64,000 nt of DNA from positions 11,060 to 75,059 of the forward strand of contig JAGBKB010000002.1 in assembly GCA_017934175.1 (NCBI GenBank). The letters are read 5' to 3'. The translations under genes and the position numbers were made by a program. Positions 26,863-36,989 of the stretch are shown in pieces (position 1 is the first letter of the stretch; the number at the start of each line of letters is the position of its first letter). The stretch is from Lachnospiraceae bacterium. GTDB taxonomy: Bacteria; Bacillota; Clostridia; Lachnospirales; Lachnospiraceae. The notes beneath the pieces were generated by a model. It worked only from the letters and a program-made list of their open reading frames with translations, was not told the origin of the DNA and searched no databases.

Positions 26863-28368
26863 CTAATCTAATTTATCTATGTCACTCCAAACTGAATCAA
26901 GTGCATCAAGTATTTTCTTATAAACTCTATATTTTTCATTATAATACTTATTCTTTTCAGCATCTGGCTTAAAAGTATTTTTTTGCCTTACCCATTTGCC
27001 TACTATTTCTTTCATATCTTTATATGCACCTGTGCCAACTGCTGCTTCCATGGCTACACCAAGGCACCCAAGTTCAAAAGCCTCTGATGTCTCTACAGTA
27101 TAGCCCAGTATATCTGAAAACATTTGCATCCACTCACTTGATTTAGCACCACCACCAGCCATTCTCACACTACTAACCTTATCTACATAAGGCATCAATT
27201 TTTCCACATGATATTTATGACTAAATATAATTCCCTCATGAACTGCTCTTGCAATCTCCGCTCTTGTATGACTTCCTTTAAGACCGATGAATGAGGCTTT
27301 TGCATTTATGTTTACATTTGTCCCATATAAAAATGGTAAAAATATAATTGAATCTTTATAATCAGTTTTTTCAATCATATTTGAACATTCATTATAAACT
27401 ATTTTGTGGTCTATATCTGAAAGTATTGTATCTACAAACCATTCATTGTTGGTTGCAGAAGTTGAACTTCCTTCCATATAACAATACATTCCTTTTATAC
27501 AGTATTCATAGACCATAAATATATTTGGATCTATTACCGGTTTATTTTTTACTATACTATTGATACTCCAACTTCCAACTATCATACCCATCTGGTCTTC
27601 ATTTAAAACACCAGCAGACACTGTGCATGCACCTGTATCCATTTGTCCACCAACTACAGGTGTTCCAACTTTTAGACCTGTTAATTCTGCACATTTCTTT
27701 GTTACAGTTCCTACTATGTCAGTGCACTCAACTATTCTATTTGGCACTTTTTCATGGCAATCACCGATGCCATATATATCATATATTTCTTTAGTGATTT
27801 GTCTTTTATCTTGGTCCATCTGTGCAGTTCCAGATGCTTCAGTATACTCAAGACAAAACTCTCCAGTAAGTAAATACCTTATATAATCTTTTGCAGTAAC
27901 TAAATATTTTGCCTTTTTTATAACTTCTGGTTTATTGTCTTTAAACCATCTAATAAGTGTAGGTGTATTACCAGCCCAGATTTGTTGATGGATTTTAGGC
28001 AATAGTTTATCTTTCCATGTACCATCATTTAGCCAATTCACGATATACTCTTTGGCTCTCATATCGCTACTCATTATACCATTATAAACTGGTTCCCCAT
28101 TTTCATCAAACATATAAAGTCCATTTGCTTGACCTGTCACACCGATACCTTTTACATCTTCGCCTTTTATCCCACTCTCTTTTAGCACTGTCGCTATAAC
28201 ATCATAGCACATCTTTTTCGCTTCATCTGAACTTCTCTCATACATATCTGGTGCTGGGTATAATATAGTAAGTTTTTTTCCACATGTTTTTACTTCTTTG
28301 CCATTTTCATCAAATAGAGCAGCCTTAATCACAGTTCCGCCCATATCTATACCAAGATAATAATTCAT
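26863..28368 (-). CDS. FGGY-family carbohydrate kinase
   Basis: 501-aa ORF with N-terminus YYLGIDMGGT and the FGGY N and C domains. Confidence 0.88.
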   Translation of the reverse strand: MNYYLGIDMGGTVIKAALFDENGKEVKTCGKKLTILYPAPDMYERSSDEAKKMCYDVIATVLKESGIKGEDVKGIGVTGQANGLYMFDENGEPVYNGIMSSDMRAKEYIVNWLNDGTWKDKLLPKIHQQIWAGNTPTLIRWFKDNKPEVIKKAKYLVTAKDYIRYLLTGEFCLEYTEASGTAQMDQDKRQITKEIYDIYGIGDCHEKVPNRIVECTDIVGTVTKKCAELTGLKVGTPVVGGQMDTGACTVSAGVLNEDQMGMIVGSWSINSIVKNKPVIDPNIFMVYEYCIKGMYCYMEGSSTSATNNEWFVDTILSDIDHKIVYNECSNMIEKTDYKDSIIFLPFLYGTNVNINAKASFIGLKGSHTRAEIARAVHEGIIFSHKYHVEKLMPYVDKVSSVRMAGGGAKSSEWMQMFSDILGYTVETSEAFELGCLGVAMEAAVGTGAYKDMKEIVGKWVRQKNTFKPDAEKNKYYNEKYRVYKKILDALDSVWSDIDKLD

Positions 28369-28407
28369 CTGCTACCTCCTATTATATGTCGCCTTTATAA
28401 TCAATAA

Positions 28408-29463
28408 TTATTTTTTCTTCGCATTTGCACGATAAAGTGATATGCCATCTAAAGAAACTGCAAGAAGCACTATCATATATTTTACAAATTCTTGATAGTA
28501 TGGTTGCACATTTGAAAGTGTCATCGCATCTTGTATAAGTATTATAAATAGAAGCCCTAATATAGAACCTATGATAGTTCCTCTACCACCATTCATACTC
28601 GCTCCACCTATAACTGCTGCAGAAAGTGCTGTCATTTCTTTTCCTGTACCAGCCGATGTTGCGGCTCCCATAAATCTTATCATATGTATAATACCTGCTA
28701 TGCCTGACAAAACTGCACAAGCAACACAAGCAAATATTTTTACTTTATCTATTTTTATACCACTATATCTTGCTGCATTTTCATTTGAACCAGTATAATA
28801 TACTTTTCTCATACCAGCACTATTACGAACATATATCTCAGTTATTATTGCTATAATTATAAATGTCACTGGAGCCATAGGGAATTGTATACTACCTATG
28901 TTAATATTTCCCTGTCCAAGAAATGCGAATGCCTTATTACTTCCAAGAACAGATACAAGTGATATGTTTTGTCCCTGTGTAATTATTTGAACTAAACCTC
29001 TTGATATTCCCATAAAACAAAGGGATACTATAAAATGTGTTAAATGCAGTTTTGTAACTAATACACCTAAAATCACACCATAAAGTGCAGCAACACCTAT
29101 TCCTACTATACTTGCAAGCCATGGATTTGCACCTGCATACTTCATAAGCCAACCTGCTACAGTTATACATAAACAAAGTGTTGAGCCAACTGCCAAATCT
29201 ATACCACCAGATATAAGTATAATAGTCATACCTATTACAACTATTCCATCTATTGCAAGGCTGGTTATTATAGTACTAATATTTGTCCACTTTAAAAAAT
29301 TCTTATTTGTCAAACCCATAATTATAAAAATCATAGCAACCAAAATTATAAGAAATGCTTCTCTCTGTTTTAATATTCCAAATAAGAAGTCTAATGCATT
29401 TTTAGATTTTTGCTTTCCTTCTATTACTTCCACTTTACTGTTATCCATTTTTATTACCCCCAC
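28408..29463 (-). CDS. Sugar ABC transporter permease (RbsC/AraH type)
   Basis: 351-aa multi-TM ORF of the BPD_transp_2 type. Confidence 0.85.
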   Translation of the reverse strand: MGVIKMDNSKVEVIEGKQKSKNALDFLFGILKQREAFLIILVAMIFIIMGLTNKNFLKWTNISTIITSLAIDGIVVIGMTIILISGGIDLAVGSTLCLCITVAGWLMKYAGANPWLASIVGIGVAALYGVILGVLVTKLHLTHFIVSLCFMGISRGLVQIITQGQNISLVSVLGSNKAFAFLGQGNINIGSIQFPMAPVTFIIIAIITEIYVRNSAGMRKVYYTGSNENAARYSGIKIDKVKIFACVACAVLSGIAGIIHMIRFMGAATSAGTGKEMTALSAAVIGGASMNGGRGTIIGSILGLLFIILIQDAMTLSNVQPYYQEFVKYMIVLLAVSLDGISLYRANAKKK

Positions 29464-30982
29464 TCATTTTGTATGCACCTGAGATATAATATACTACAGT
29501 GTCTGAATTAAACTCTTTTGAATGTAATACTTTAGGAACTTGCTCACCATCTATGTCTATCATAATTATTCTATCGCAAAGTCCTAATAACTCATTCATT
29601 TCTGATGAAATAATAACTACTCCTATCCCATCATTTGCAAGATTTCTTATGTGATTTCCTATATCGGCTTTTGCACCTACATCAACACCTCTTGTTGGCT
29701 CATCTAATATTACAACCTTAGGTTTTTTTGCTAAAAGTTTTGCAAGAAGAGTTTTCTGTTGATTACCTCCACTAAGAGATTTTACTGCTTGCTTATATCC
29801 ATTTCCTCTTATCCCAAGTTCCTTATACATACCTTCAGCCAACTTTACTGCTTTTTTCTTATTGACAAACATTCCTGTCATAACTTCTTCTAAGTATGTG
29901 GATATGATATTGCTACCTATTGAATACTCAAGATAAAGTCCACTTTTTTTTCTATCTTCTGACAAAAGTATAAGCCCACTTTTATATATTTTCTCTGTAT
30001 CATATTTATCAAGATTTTCACCCATAAGAGTAACACTTCCAGTTCTTCGCTTCCGCAAATTAACTATGTTTTGCATGATTTCAGTTCTTCCAGCACCGAC
30101 AAGTCCAGCAACTCCTAAAATCTCACCTTTATACAATTCAAAATTTATATTTCTAAAACGGTCTTTTGCATCCGTTAAATTTTCAACTTTCAACATTACA
30201 TTCTTTTCACTGTAATCAATATTAGTTGCTTTCGGTGGATATATATCACTTATTTCTCTTCCAGCCATATCTTTTATAAGTTCTTGCATTGTTGCATCTT
30301 TAGATTTTCGTGTTGATATAATAAATCCATCTCTCAAAACTGTAACTCTATCACTATGGTTAAATATTTCCTCCATTCTGTGACTAATAAATATAATTCC
30401 TATTCCTTCTTTTTTTAATTGCTCCATTATCTTAAAAAGTGCTTCTGTCTCTTTTTCTGATAATGCTGCTGTAGGTTCATCAAGTAACAATATCCTACAT
30501 TTAAGAGAAAGTGCCTTTGCAATCTCTACAACTTGTTGCTCTGATATAGATAAGTCTTCCACTTTATCTTCCGGATTAATTGTATCACCAACAAGTGGCT
30601 CCAAAATCTTTTTTGAATCTTCAATCAACTTTTTAAAATCAAGAATTATTGCACTGCTATCAGTAATATTTGACATCATTATGTTTTCTGTTACTGTAAC
30701 ATCTTGACAAAGTTCTATTTCTTGATGCACAAAACCTATTCCCAAGTTTTTAGCATCTTGAACACTATTTATAATAACTTTTTTTCCATCTATCAATATC
30801 TCTCCACCATCTGCTTTGGCAATCCCACCAAGTATATTTAACATAGTGGATTTTCCTGCGCCATTTTCTCCAAGTAAAGCATGAACTTCACCTGCTTCAA
30901 GTGTGAAATTTACATCTGAAAGAACTTTCTGTGCATAACTTTTAGATAAGTGCTTTATTTCTAATAAGGCCACTTTTAACAC
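29441..30982 (-). CDS. Sugar ABC transporter ATP-binding protein (duplicated ATPase, RbsA type)
   Basis: 513-aa ORF with two nucleotide-binding domains (GENGAGKST; LSGGNQQK). Confidence 0.9.
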   Translation of the reverse strand: MLKVALLEIKHLSKSYAQKVLSDVNFTLEAGEVHALLGENGAGKSTMLNILGGIAKADGGEILIDGKKVIINSVQDAKNLGIGFVHQEIELCQDVTVTENIMMSNITDSSAIILDFKKLIEDSKKILEPLVGDTINPEDKVEDLSISEQQVVEIAKALSLKCRILLLDEPTAALSEKETEALFKIMEQLKKEGIGIIFISHRMEEIFNHSDRVTVLRDGFIISTRKSKDATMQELIKDMAGREISDIYPPKATNIDYSEKNVMLKVENLTDAKDRFRNINFELYKGEILGVAGLVGAGRTEIMQNIVNLRKRRTGSVTLMGENLDKYDTEKIYKSGLILLSEDRKKSGLYLEYSIGSNIISTYLEEVMTGMFVNKKKAVKLAEGMYKELGIRGNGYKQAVKSLSGGNQQKTLLAKLLAKKPKVVILDEPTRGVDVGAKADIGNHIRNLANDGIGVVIISSEMNELLGLCDRIIMIDIDGEQVPKVLHSKEFNSDTVVYYISGAYKMSGGNKNG

Positions 30983-31127
30983 CCCTCTTTCAAATCATAC
31001 ATTTTAACTCACTAATTTTTACTTTGCAGAGGCGGATAATATCCACCTCTACAAACTAAAAATTTTATTTTATATTACTTGCGAATGCAAAACCATTTGC
31101 ATTCTTAACATTCTATCTTTTATTAAA

Positions 31128-32243
31128 CTATTCTGCTATATAAGGAGCAATAAGTTCATCTCTTGTGCATCCAATTACATTCTTTGCATAATTGTCAAGA
31201 TAGAAGAAATCTGCATTTTCTTTTGTAACTATAGATAATCCATTATCCATATAAGGAATTTGCCAGAAGTTTTCTCCTGCTGCTTTACGACCATTCATAG
31301 GACGAAGAACTTCATTGTGTTTTGCAAAATACAGATTAAGCATACCAAGATATCCTTGTAAGTATTGGTCTGGTGCTATAGCAAAGAAGAATTTATCTTC
31401 TTTTAATAAATCAAGAACTGTATCAGATGTATCACAGCAAGCAACTAATAATTTTTGCTCACCATTACCAAGTTCTATACCGGCTTGGGCTGCACCAGCC
31501 GCTGATGTTGCTTCAGGAGTAAATACTGCTGCTAAATCTGGATGTGCTTGTGCTACAGTTTTAACTGCTGCATTTGTCTTATCCTCATTTTGTCCAGAAA
31601 CTTCTTCTGCAACTACTTTTATATCAGGATAGTTGGCTTTTAAATATGCTATGAAAGAATCACATCTAATTTCGTGATTGCTTTGTCCTGGATTTCTCAT
31701 AACCATAACTTCGCCTTTGCCACCGAGTTTCTTAGCGATTTCTTCAGCCGCTCTATTTCCTTCTTTTGTATTATCAGAAGTTACATAGGCTCTTCTTACT
31801 GAATCAGGACTATCTGCTGCAAATGTTGCAATTTGAATACCCTTATCTGTTGCTCTCTTAATAGGGTCAACAAACACTTCTGCAACTGCAGGGTGAACTA
31901 AAATACCTGTTGGGTTAAGAGCGATTGTTTGCTCAAATGTCTCTGCTTGAGTTGTAGCATCATATGTTGGAGACCCATTGTAGTAAGCCGAAACTCCAAG
32001 TGCTCTTGCAGCATCTTTAAATCCTTGGAAGCATGGATACCAATACTCAATACCTACACCAGGAACATTCATGTAGTAAACTTCACCCTTAGCACCTTGT
32101 AATAAATAAGGGTTTGTTGAAGTTGCTGCAACTTGCTCTGTACTTGTTGCAGTTGTTTCAGTTGGTGCAACAACTTGACTTGTACAAGCAACCACATAGG
32201 CTGTTAAAACAATTGTTGCAATTAAGATTAATTTCTTTTTCAT
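31128..32243 (-). CDS. Sugar ABC transporter substrate-binding lipoprotein
   Basis: 371-aa ORF with a signal peptide and Cys (VVACTS), periplasmic-binding-protein type I-like. Confidence 0.8.
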   Translation of the reverse strand: MKKKLILIATIVLTAYVVACTSQVVAPTETTATSTEQVAATSTNPYLLQGAKGEVYYMNVPGVGIEYWYPCFQGFKDAARALGVSAYYNGSPTYDATTQAETFEQTIALNPTGILVHPAVAEVFVDPIKRATDKGIQIATFAADSPDSVRRAYVTSDNTKEGNRAAEEIAKKLGGKGEVMVMRNPGQSNHEIRCDSFIAYLKANYPDIKVVAEEVSGQNEDKTNAAVKTVAQAHPDLAAVFTPEATSAAGAAQAGIELGNGEQKLLVACCDTSDTVLDLLKEDKFFFAIAPDQYLQGYLGMLNLYFAKHNEVLRPMNGRKAAGENFWQIPYMDNGLSIVTKENADFFYLDNYAKNVIGCTRDELIAPYIAE

Positions 32244-32284
32244 AATTTCCTCCTAAATTATTATTTATTTTATTTTTTTTAAAA

Positions 32285-33160
32285 CTAATTTTTTCCTACA
32301 CAACCAAAAAGTTCATATTTTTCTTTTATAACTTTTTTCATTTCTTCTATTGCATCTTTATATGCAAGTGATGGCCATAAAGATAAATTGTCTGTGTTAT
32401 TTAAGAATGTCTTCATGCCAGTAAAGAAACCTTTTAATATATCTGAAAAAATATTTATCTTACACATACCAAGTTCTATAGATTTAAGTAAGTCTTTCTC
32501 AGGTGTTCCAGAGCCACCATGCATAACAAGTGGCACTTTTGAGTTTTTATTTAACTCATCCATAAGTTCAAGATTTAATTTTGGAACTCCCTTATAAACT
32601 CCATGTGAAGTACCTATAGCAACTGCAAGGCAATCAACTTTTGTCTCATCTATAAATTTTACTAACTCATCAACTTTCGTAAATGTTCCTTCATGTCCTT
32701 TGTCCCCAGAAAGATTAGTTTCTGACTTACCAACTATTCCATCTCCTACATGTCCAAGTTCTGCTTCAACAGTTACATTATATTTATGGGCATAATCAAC
32801 AACTTCTTTTGTAATGGCTACATTTTCTGCAAAAGGTTTTTGTGAAGCATCTATCATAACTGAAGTATAACCTTCAGAAATTGCTTTCTTAATCATTTCA
32901 AAATCTTGGCTATGGTCAAGATGTATTGCTACATCAACCTTTGCATTTTTAGCAAGTGTCACAAGTGTCATAGAAAGGCAATCAAACTCATCATCATTTA
33001 AATCACCTTTTAATCCCATAAAAATTACTGGGCTATTGATTTCTTCTGCTACATCAAGTACTGCTCTTGCCATTCTATAATCTGATACATCATATGCTGG
33101 TATAGCATATTTACCCTCACGTGCTTTTTTTAGCATATTAGTTAGATTTACAAGTGCCAT
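32285..33160 (-). CDS. Class II ketose-bisphosphate aldolase family protein
   Basis: 291-aa ORF with HLDHS, EAELGHVG and HGGSG motifs. Confidence 0.85.
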   Translation of the reverse strand: MALVNLTNMLKKAREGKYAIPAYDVSDYRMARAVLDVAEEINSPVIFMGLKGDLNDDEFDCLSMTLVTLAKNAKVDVAIHLDHSQDFEMIKKAISEGYTSVMIDASQKPFAENVAITKEVVDYAHKYNVTVEAELGHVGDGIVGKSETNLSGDKGHEGTFTKVDELVKFIDETKVDCLAVAIGTSHGVYKGVPKLNLELMDELNKNSKVPLVMHGGSGTPEKDLLKSIELGMCKINIFSDILKGFFTGMKTFLNNTDNLSLWPSLAYKDAIEEMKKVIKEKYELFGCVGKN

Positions 33161-33176
33161 AAATATTTCCTCCTTT

Positions 33177-33938
33177 TTATCTCATTAACATTCCACCAGT
33201 TAAATCAAGTGTAGTTCCTGTCATATAATCAGCCTGTGTAGAAAGTAAAAATACTACTGCCTTTGCTACATCATCTGTCTCTGCTATTCTTCTAACTGGT
33301 ATTCTTTCAAGATATGCATCTTTTCTCTTTGGGTCTTTTAACACTTCCTCTGTCATAGGGCTTCTCATGATACCTGGTGCTACAAGATTTACATTGATTC
33401 CATCTGGTGCAACTTCTCTTGCAAGCGAAATTGAAAATGTAACAAGTCCTGCCTTTGATGCAGCATAATGAGCATGTCCAGAAGTTGAACCATGAAATGC
33501 TGCTTGAGATGTGACATTTACAATTTTCCCTTTAATCTTATTTTTAAGCCAATATTTAACTAATTCTCTATTTAATATAAATGCACCAGTTAAATTAAGT
33601 TGCATTGTTTTATTCCAACTCTCTTCAGTAATCTCTATAACTTGTCCAGTTGGCCATATAGCAACTGAATTTGAAAATAATTCAACTGAACCTAGTTCTT
33701 TGATTGACTCTTCTACAAGATTTATATCACTCGCTTCATTTGATACATCCGTTTTAATAAATATTATTTTTTGATTTGGGAATTCTTTTTTCAGTGCATC
33801 AAATTTTTCCTCAGGTGCAACCATATCACCTATTGCTACATTTGCACCTTCTTGTAAAAGCATTTTGGCAATAGAATATCCAAGGCCACCAAAGCCTCCT
33901 ACAACTATCGCATTTTTCCCTTTTATACCGTAATCCAT
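33177..33938 (-). CDS. SDR-family oxidoreductase
   Basis: 253-aa ORF with the GGFGGLG cofactor motif and YAASK catalytic motif. Confidence 0.88.
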   Translation of the reverse strand: MDYGIKGKNAIVVGGFGGLGYSIAKMLLQEGANVAIGDMVAPEEKFDALKKEFPNQKIIFIKTDVSNEASDINLVEESIKELGSVELFSNSVAIWPTGQVIEITEESWNKTMQLNLTGAFILNRELVKYWLKNKIKGKIVNVTSQAAFHGSTSGHAHYAASKAGLVTFSISLAREVAPDGINVNLVAPGIMRSPMTEEVLKDPKRKDAYLERIPVRRIAETDDVAKAVVFLLSTQADYMTGTTLDLTGGMLMR

Positions 33939-33948
33939 TTTTCCTCCT

Positions 33949-34998
33949 TTATTTAATTAATGAGTTATTTGCACATGCATCTTTGTTCATAAGATATCCT
34001 GTTCTCTCACCTTTAAATGCTTTCTTCATTTCATTTGCAAGAAGAAGTGGTGAATTTAAGAATGCATCTTTTGTGCTACCAGCAAGGTGTGGTGTTATTG
34101 TTACATTATCACATTTTACTAATGGATAATCAGCCCCTGGTGGTTCTACATCAAATACATCAAGTGCTGCTCCAAAAATTTTATGATTGTTTAATGCATC
34201 TGCAAGCGCTTTCTCATCTACAAGACCAGAGCGTGCTGTATTGATAAGATATGCTGTTGGTTTCATCATGCCAATGAGTTCTCTGTTAATCATGTGCTTT
34301 GTCTCATCTGTAAGTCTATAGTGAACCAATACGAAATCTGATTCTTTCATAAGAGTAGGAAGGTCAACAAGTTTTACTTCATCTCCTTTATAATATGGGT
34401 CATATGCTATCACTTCTACTCCAAATGCTTTAAGCCTTTTAGCAACTTTTGCACCAATATTTCCATACCCAATAATTCCTGCTGTCTTTCCTTCTAAGTC
34501 CATCACATATGAAGCATTTGCAAAATCATGAACCCAGTTTCCCTTTTTCATCTCTGCATGAGCCTTTGCAATGTTTCTAACTTCTGATAAAAGCATACCT
34601 ACAGTAAAATCAGCAACGGCTGTAGCATTTCTACCTGGAGTATTGAAAACTAATATCCCTTTTTCACTTGCATAAGTTTTATTTATATTTTCTATGCCGC
34701 CTCTTAAAACTCCAATTGCCTTGAGGTTAGGACAACTATCTATAACTTTTTTTGACATCGGACAAAACTGTGTAATGATTATGTCTGCATCTTTTATCTT
34801 TTCAATAATTTCTTGTGGCACATCATAAACTTCAGAGCCACCTTGCTCAACCAGCAAATTAATATGTTGAAACTCTTCTACATCTTTTAGGTTCCAACTT
34901 ATAGTTGATACATCATATCCTTCATTTTTAAATGAAGCAAAACCTTTATCAATGTATTCTGCTGGAATGAAAAAATCACCTATTCCAATTATTTTCAT
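33949..34998 (-). CDS. D-isomer-specific 2-hydroxyacid dehydrogenase family protein
   Basis: 349-aa ORF with GIIGYGNIGAKVA, NTARSGLVDE and ALDVFDVEP. Confidence 0.85.
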   Translation of the reverse strand: MKIIGIGDFFIPAEYIDKGFASFKNEGYDVSTISWNLKDVEEFQHINLLVEQGGSEVYDVPQEIIEKIKDADIIITQFCPMSKKVIDSCPNLKAIGVLRGGIENINKTYASEKGILVFNTPGRNATAVADFTVGMLLSEVRNIAKAHAEMKKGNWVHDFANASYVMDLEGKTAGIIGYGNIGAKVAKRLKAFGVEVIAYDPYYKGDEVKLVDLPTLMKESDFVLVHYRLTDETKHMINRELIGMMKPTAYLINTARSGLVDEKALADALNNHKIFGAALDVFDVEPPGADYPLVKCDNVTITPHLAGSTKDAFLNSPLLLANEMKKAFKGERTGYLMNKDACANNSLIK

Positions 34999-35396
34999 TT
35001 ACCCCTCCTTATACTAAGAACGCATCTGCCAATTAGTTATGTTTTTATATAAAGTAAATTAGTCGATGTATTCTTAAATAATTATTTCATAATTTTTTCT
35101 TACTTTTTTATTATAGTAAAGTTATATAGGGTATGTCAATAAAATTTGATAAGTTTTGACAATTTTTTGATGTAATTTTGGCTAATTTATCAAATATTTT
35201 GAATAACTTTTGAGTATTTTTGCGATAATCTTAGCATACTACCATAAATATGACTAATTTTTGATAAAATTAGCCTTGTCATTATGCAAATATTGACTTT
35301 TTAGTGCATGATAACTATAATATTAAGTATATTTTGACTAAAATTTGGCAAAAGTATGATATATGCCCGAAGTATTATAGATTTTGGAGAATTGTT

Positions 35397-36164
35397 ATGA
35401 AAGCAAAGAGAGAATTAGAAATTTTAAACTACATTAATAAAGTTGAAGTGTGTAGTTATGATGACATTTGCAAAAAGTTTAATATATCTATAAGCACAGC
35501 AAGAAGAGATATTAATAGTCTTGCAAAAGAAAAGCACATAAAAAAAGTGCATGGTGGATTTGTTCCATACGCATACACTTCTTTACCGAAAAACAAAAAA
35601 TTACAAAAAAATATTCAAAGTGAAAATGCTGTGTCATCAAGTTTTGACCACATTGGGAAACTTGCTGCGACACTAATAAAAGCAGGTGATATAATTTACA
35701 TCGGTTCTGGCACTACTACTTCTACAATATTAAATCATTTAAATAATGTAAGTGACTTAATAATAGTCACTAATAATTTATTAATAGCCACCAGTATTTT
35801 AAAATTCTCAAATGAAATAATTTTAATTGGTGGCAGAATCAACTCTCACTCTATGTCAACAGTTGGTGTATCCGTAATTGATGATATAAGCAATATGAAT
35901 ATACTTAAAGCATTTATAGGTTGCAACGGCATATCTATAAAAAATGGTTTTTCTAATCTTGAAAATGATGAGGCTTATATCAAAAAAGCCATACTAAAAT
36001 CTACCAAAGAAATCTATATAATGGCAGACCAATCAAAATTTGATGCAATATCTCTCCACACTTTTGCAAACTTCCAAGATATAGATGGCATAATTACAGA
36101 TGTGGAGCCAAATGATACTTATAAAAAAATCTGTGAAGAAAACCACGTAAAACTTCTATATTAA
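35397..36164 (+). CDS. DeoR-family transcriptional regulator
   Basis: The track ORF starts at 35304, but GGAGAA-5 nt-ATG at 35397 (MKAKRELEILNYI...) fits DeoR N-terminal HTH proteins. C-terminal sugar-phosphate-binding domain. Confidence 0.82.
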   Translation: MKAKRELEILNYINKVEVCSYDDICKKFNISISTARRDINSLAKEKHIKKVHGGFVPYAYTSLPKNKKLQKNIQSENAVSSSFDHIGKLAATLIKAGDIIYIGSGTTTSTILNHLNNVSDLIIVTNNLLIATSILKFSNEIILIGGRINSHSMSTVGVSVIDDISNMNILKAFIGCNGISIKNGFSNLENDEAYIKKAILKSTKEIYIMADQSKFDAISLHTFANFQDIDGIITDVEPNDTYKKICEENHVKLLY

Positions 36165-36191
36165 AAAATAAAAGTTTATACATATTGCCTT

Positions 36192-36380
36192 ATGTCCAAT
36201 CACGTCCATTTAATAATTAAAGATGATAATGAAGTAATAGCATACTTATTAAAACTAACCAGTGTTAATAGAATAAATGATTTTAGGAATTCAGAAGAAC
36301 CAATAAAAATGTTGGCTGTATTGAAAATAATTGATAAAGGTGCATCAATGATGCAATTAAGTAGAATAACTAGTATATAG
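36192..36380 (+). pseudogene. Remnant of a Y1 (IS200/RAYT-like) tyrosine transposase
   Basis: The 62-aa fragment starts inside the conserved SNHVHLI motif, so the N-terminal half is missing. Confidence 0.55.
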
Positions 36381-36462
36381 TATATATCATAGTTACTATT
36401 TACATGACCAGTAGATAGAGAACCATCGTGTCCTATATTCATAGGTCGTGCTTTATGATACA

Positions 36463-36637
36463 ATTGAATTTTTAAGGTGCAGTTTTGAATTATTAAGACA
36501 GTTTTGAACGATTAACTAATGAACGATTAAGTTTTGAATTATTGAAAAATTTGAATTGCACTTTTGAATTTTTAACTTTTGAATTATTGCAGTTTTGAAT
36601 TATTAACTATTGAACGATTAAGTTTTGAATTATTAAA
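36463..36637. repeat. Degenerate array of about 11 TTTTGAA(T/C)(T/G)ATTAA-like units
   Basis: Units recur every 12-18 nt. A ~50-nt super-unit (GCAGTTTTGAATTATTAAC...GAACGATTAAGTTTTGAATTATT) occurs twice. No ORF. Confidence 0.8.
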
Positions 36638-36642
36638 GCAAT

Positions 36643-36669
36643 AAAAAAACGGAGCAACTCAGTGCTCCG
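36643..36669 (-). terminator. Minus-strand intrinsic terminator
   Basis: CGGAGCA-CTGAGT-TGCTCCG followed by TTTTTTT on the minus strand. Confidence 0.65.
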
Positions 36670-36989
36670 CTATCATATAAATGCTTACAGTTGGTCTTTT
36701 TATTTATTACTTCAAACCTAATTGTGCTTTTTCTTCTGCAGACATATTGGAAGTATCTAATTCCTTAATATTTGGTAAATATTCTGTATTTCATTTATTT
36801 AATATTTCTTGTCTAAATTCTGCTGCTGTTTTTATCCCTGAATTCTTCTCTCCCACTGGACTTATAAATGTTCCTTAGATTAAAGATTCTACATTTTGTT
36901 TTTTACTATTGAAATATTGGAACATAGTTTATTATTACCATAAACCCCCGTCCCTTTATTCTCTGATAAAACTTCTATTCTATGCCTAT

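Noticed and set aside
36200-36463. An 87-aa minus-strand ORF and the plus-strand ORF at 36681-36878.
   Set aside because: The first is antisense to the transposase remnant. The second lies in a region whose minus strand shows only a broken gene tail (…EYLPNIKELDTSNMSAEEKAQLGLK*). Neither has an RBS or motifs.
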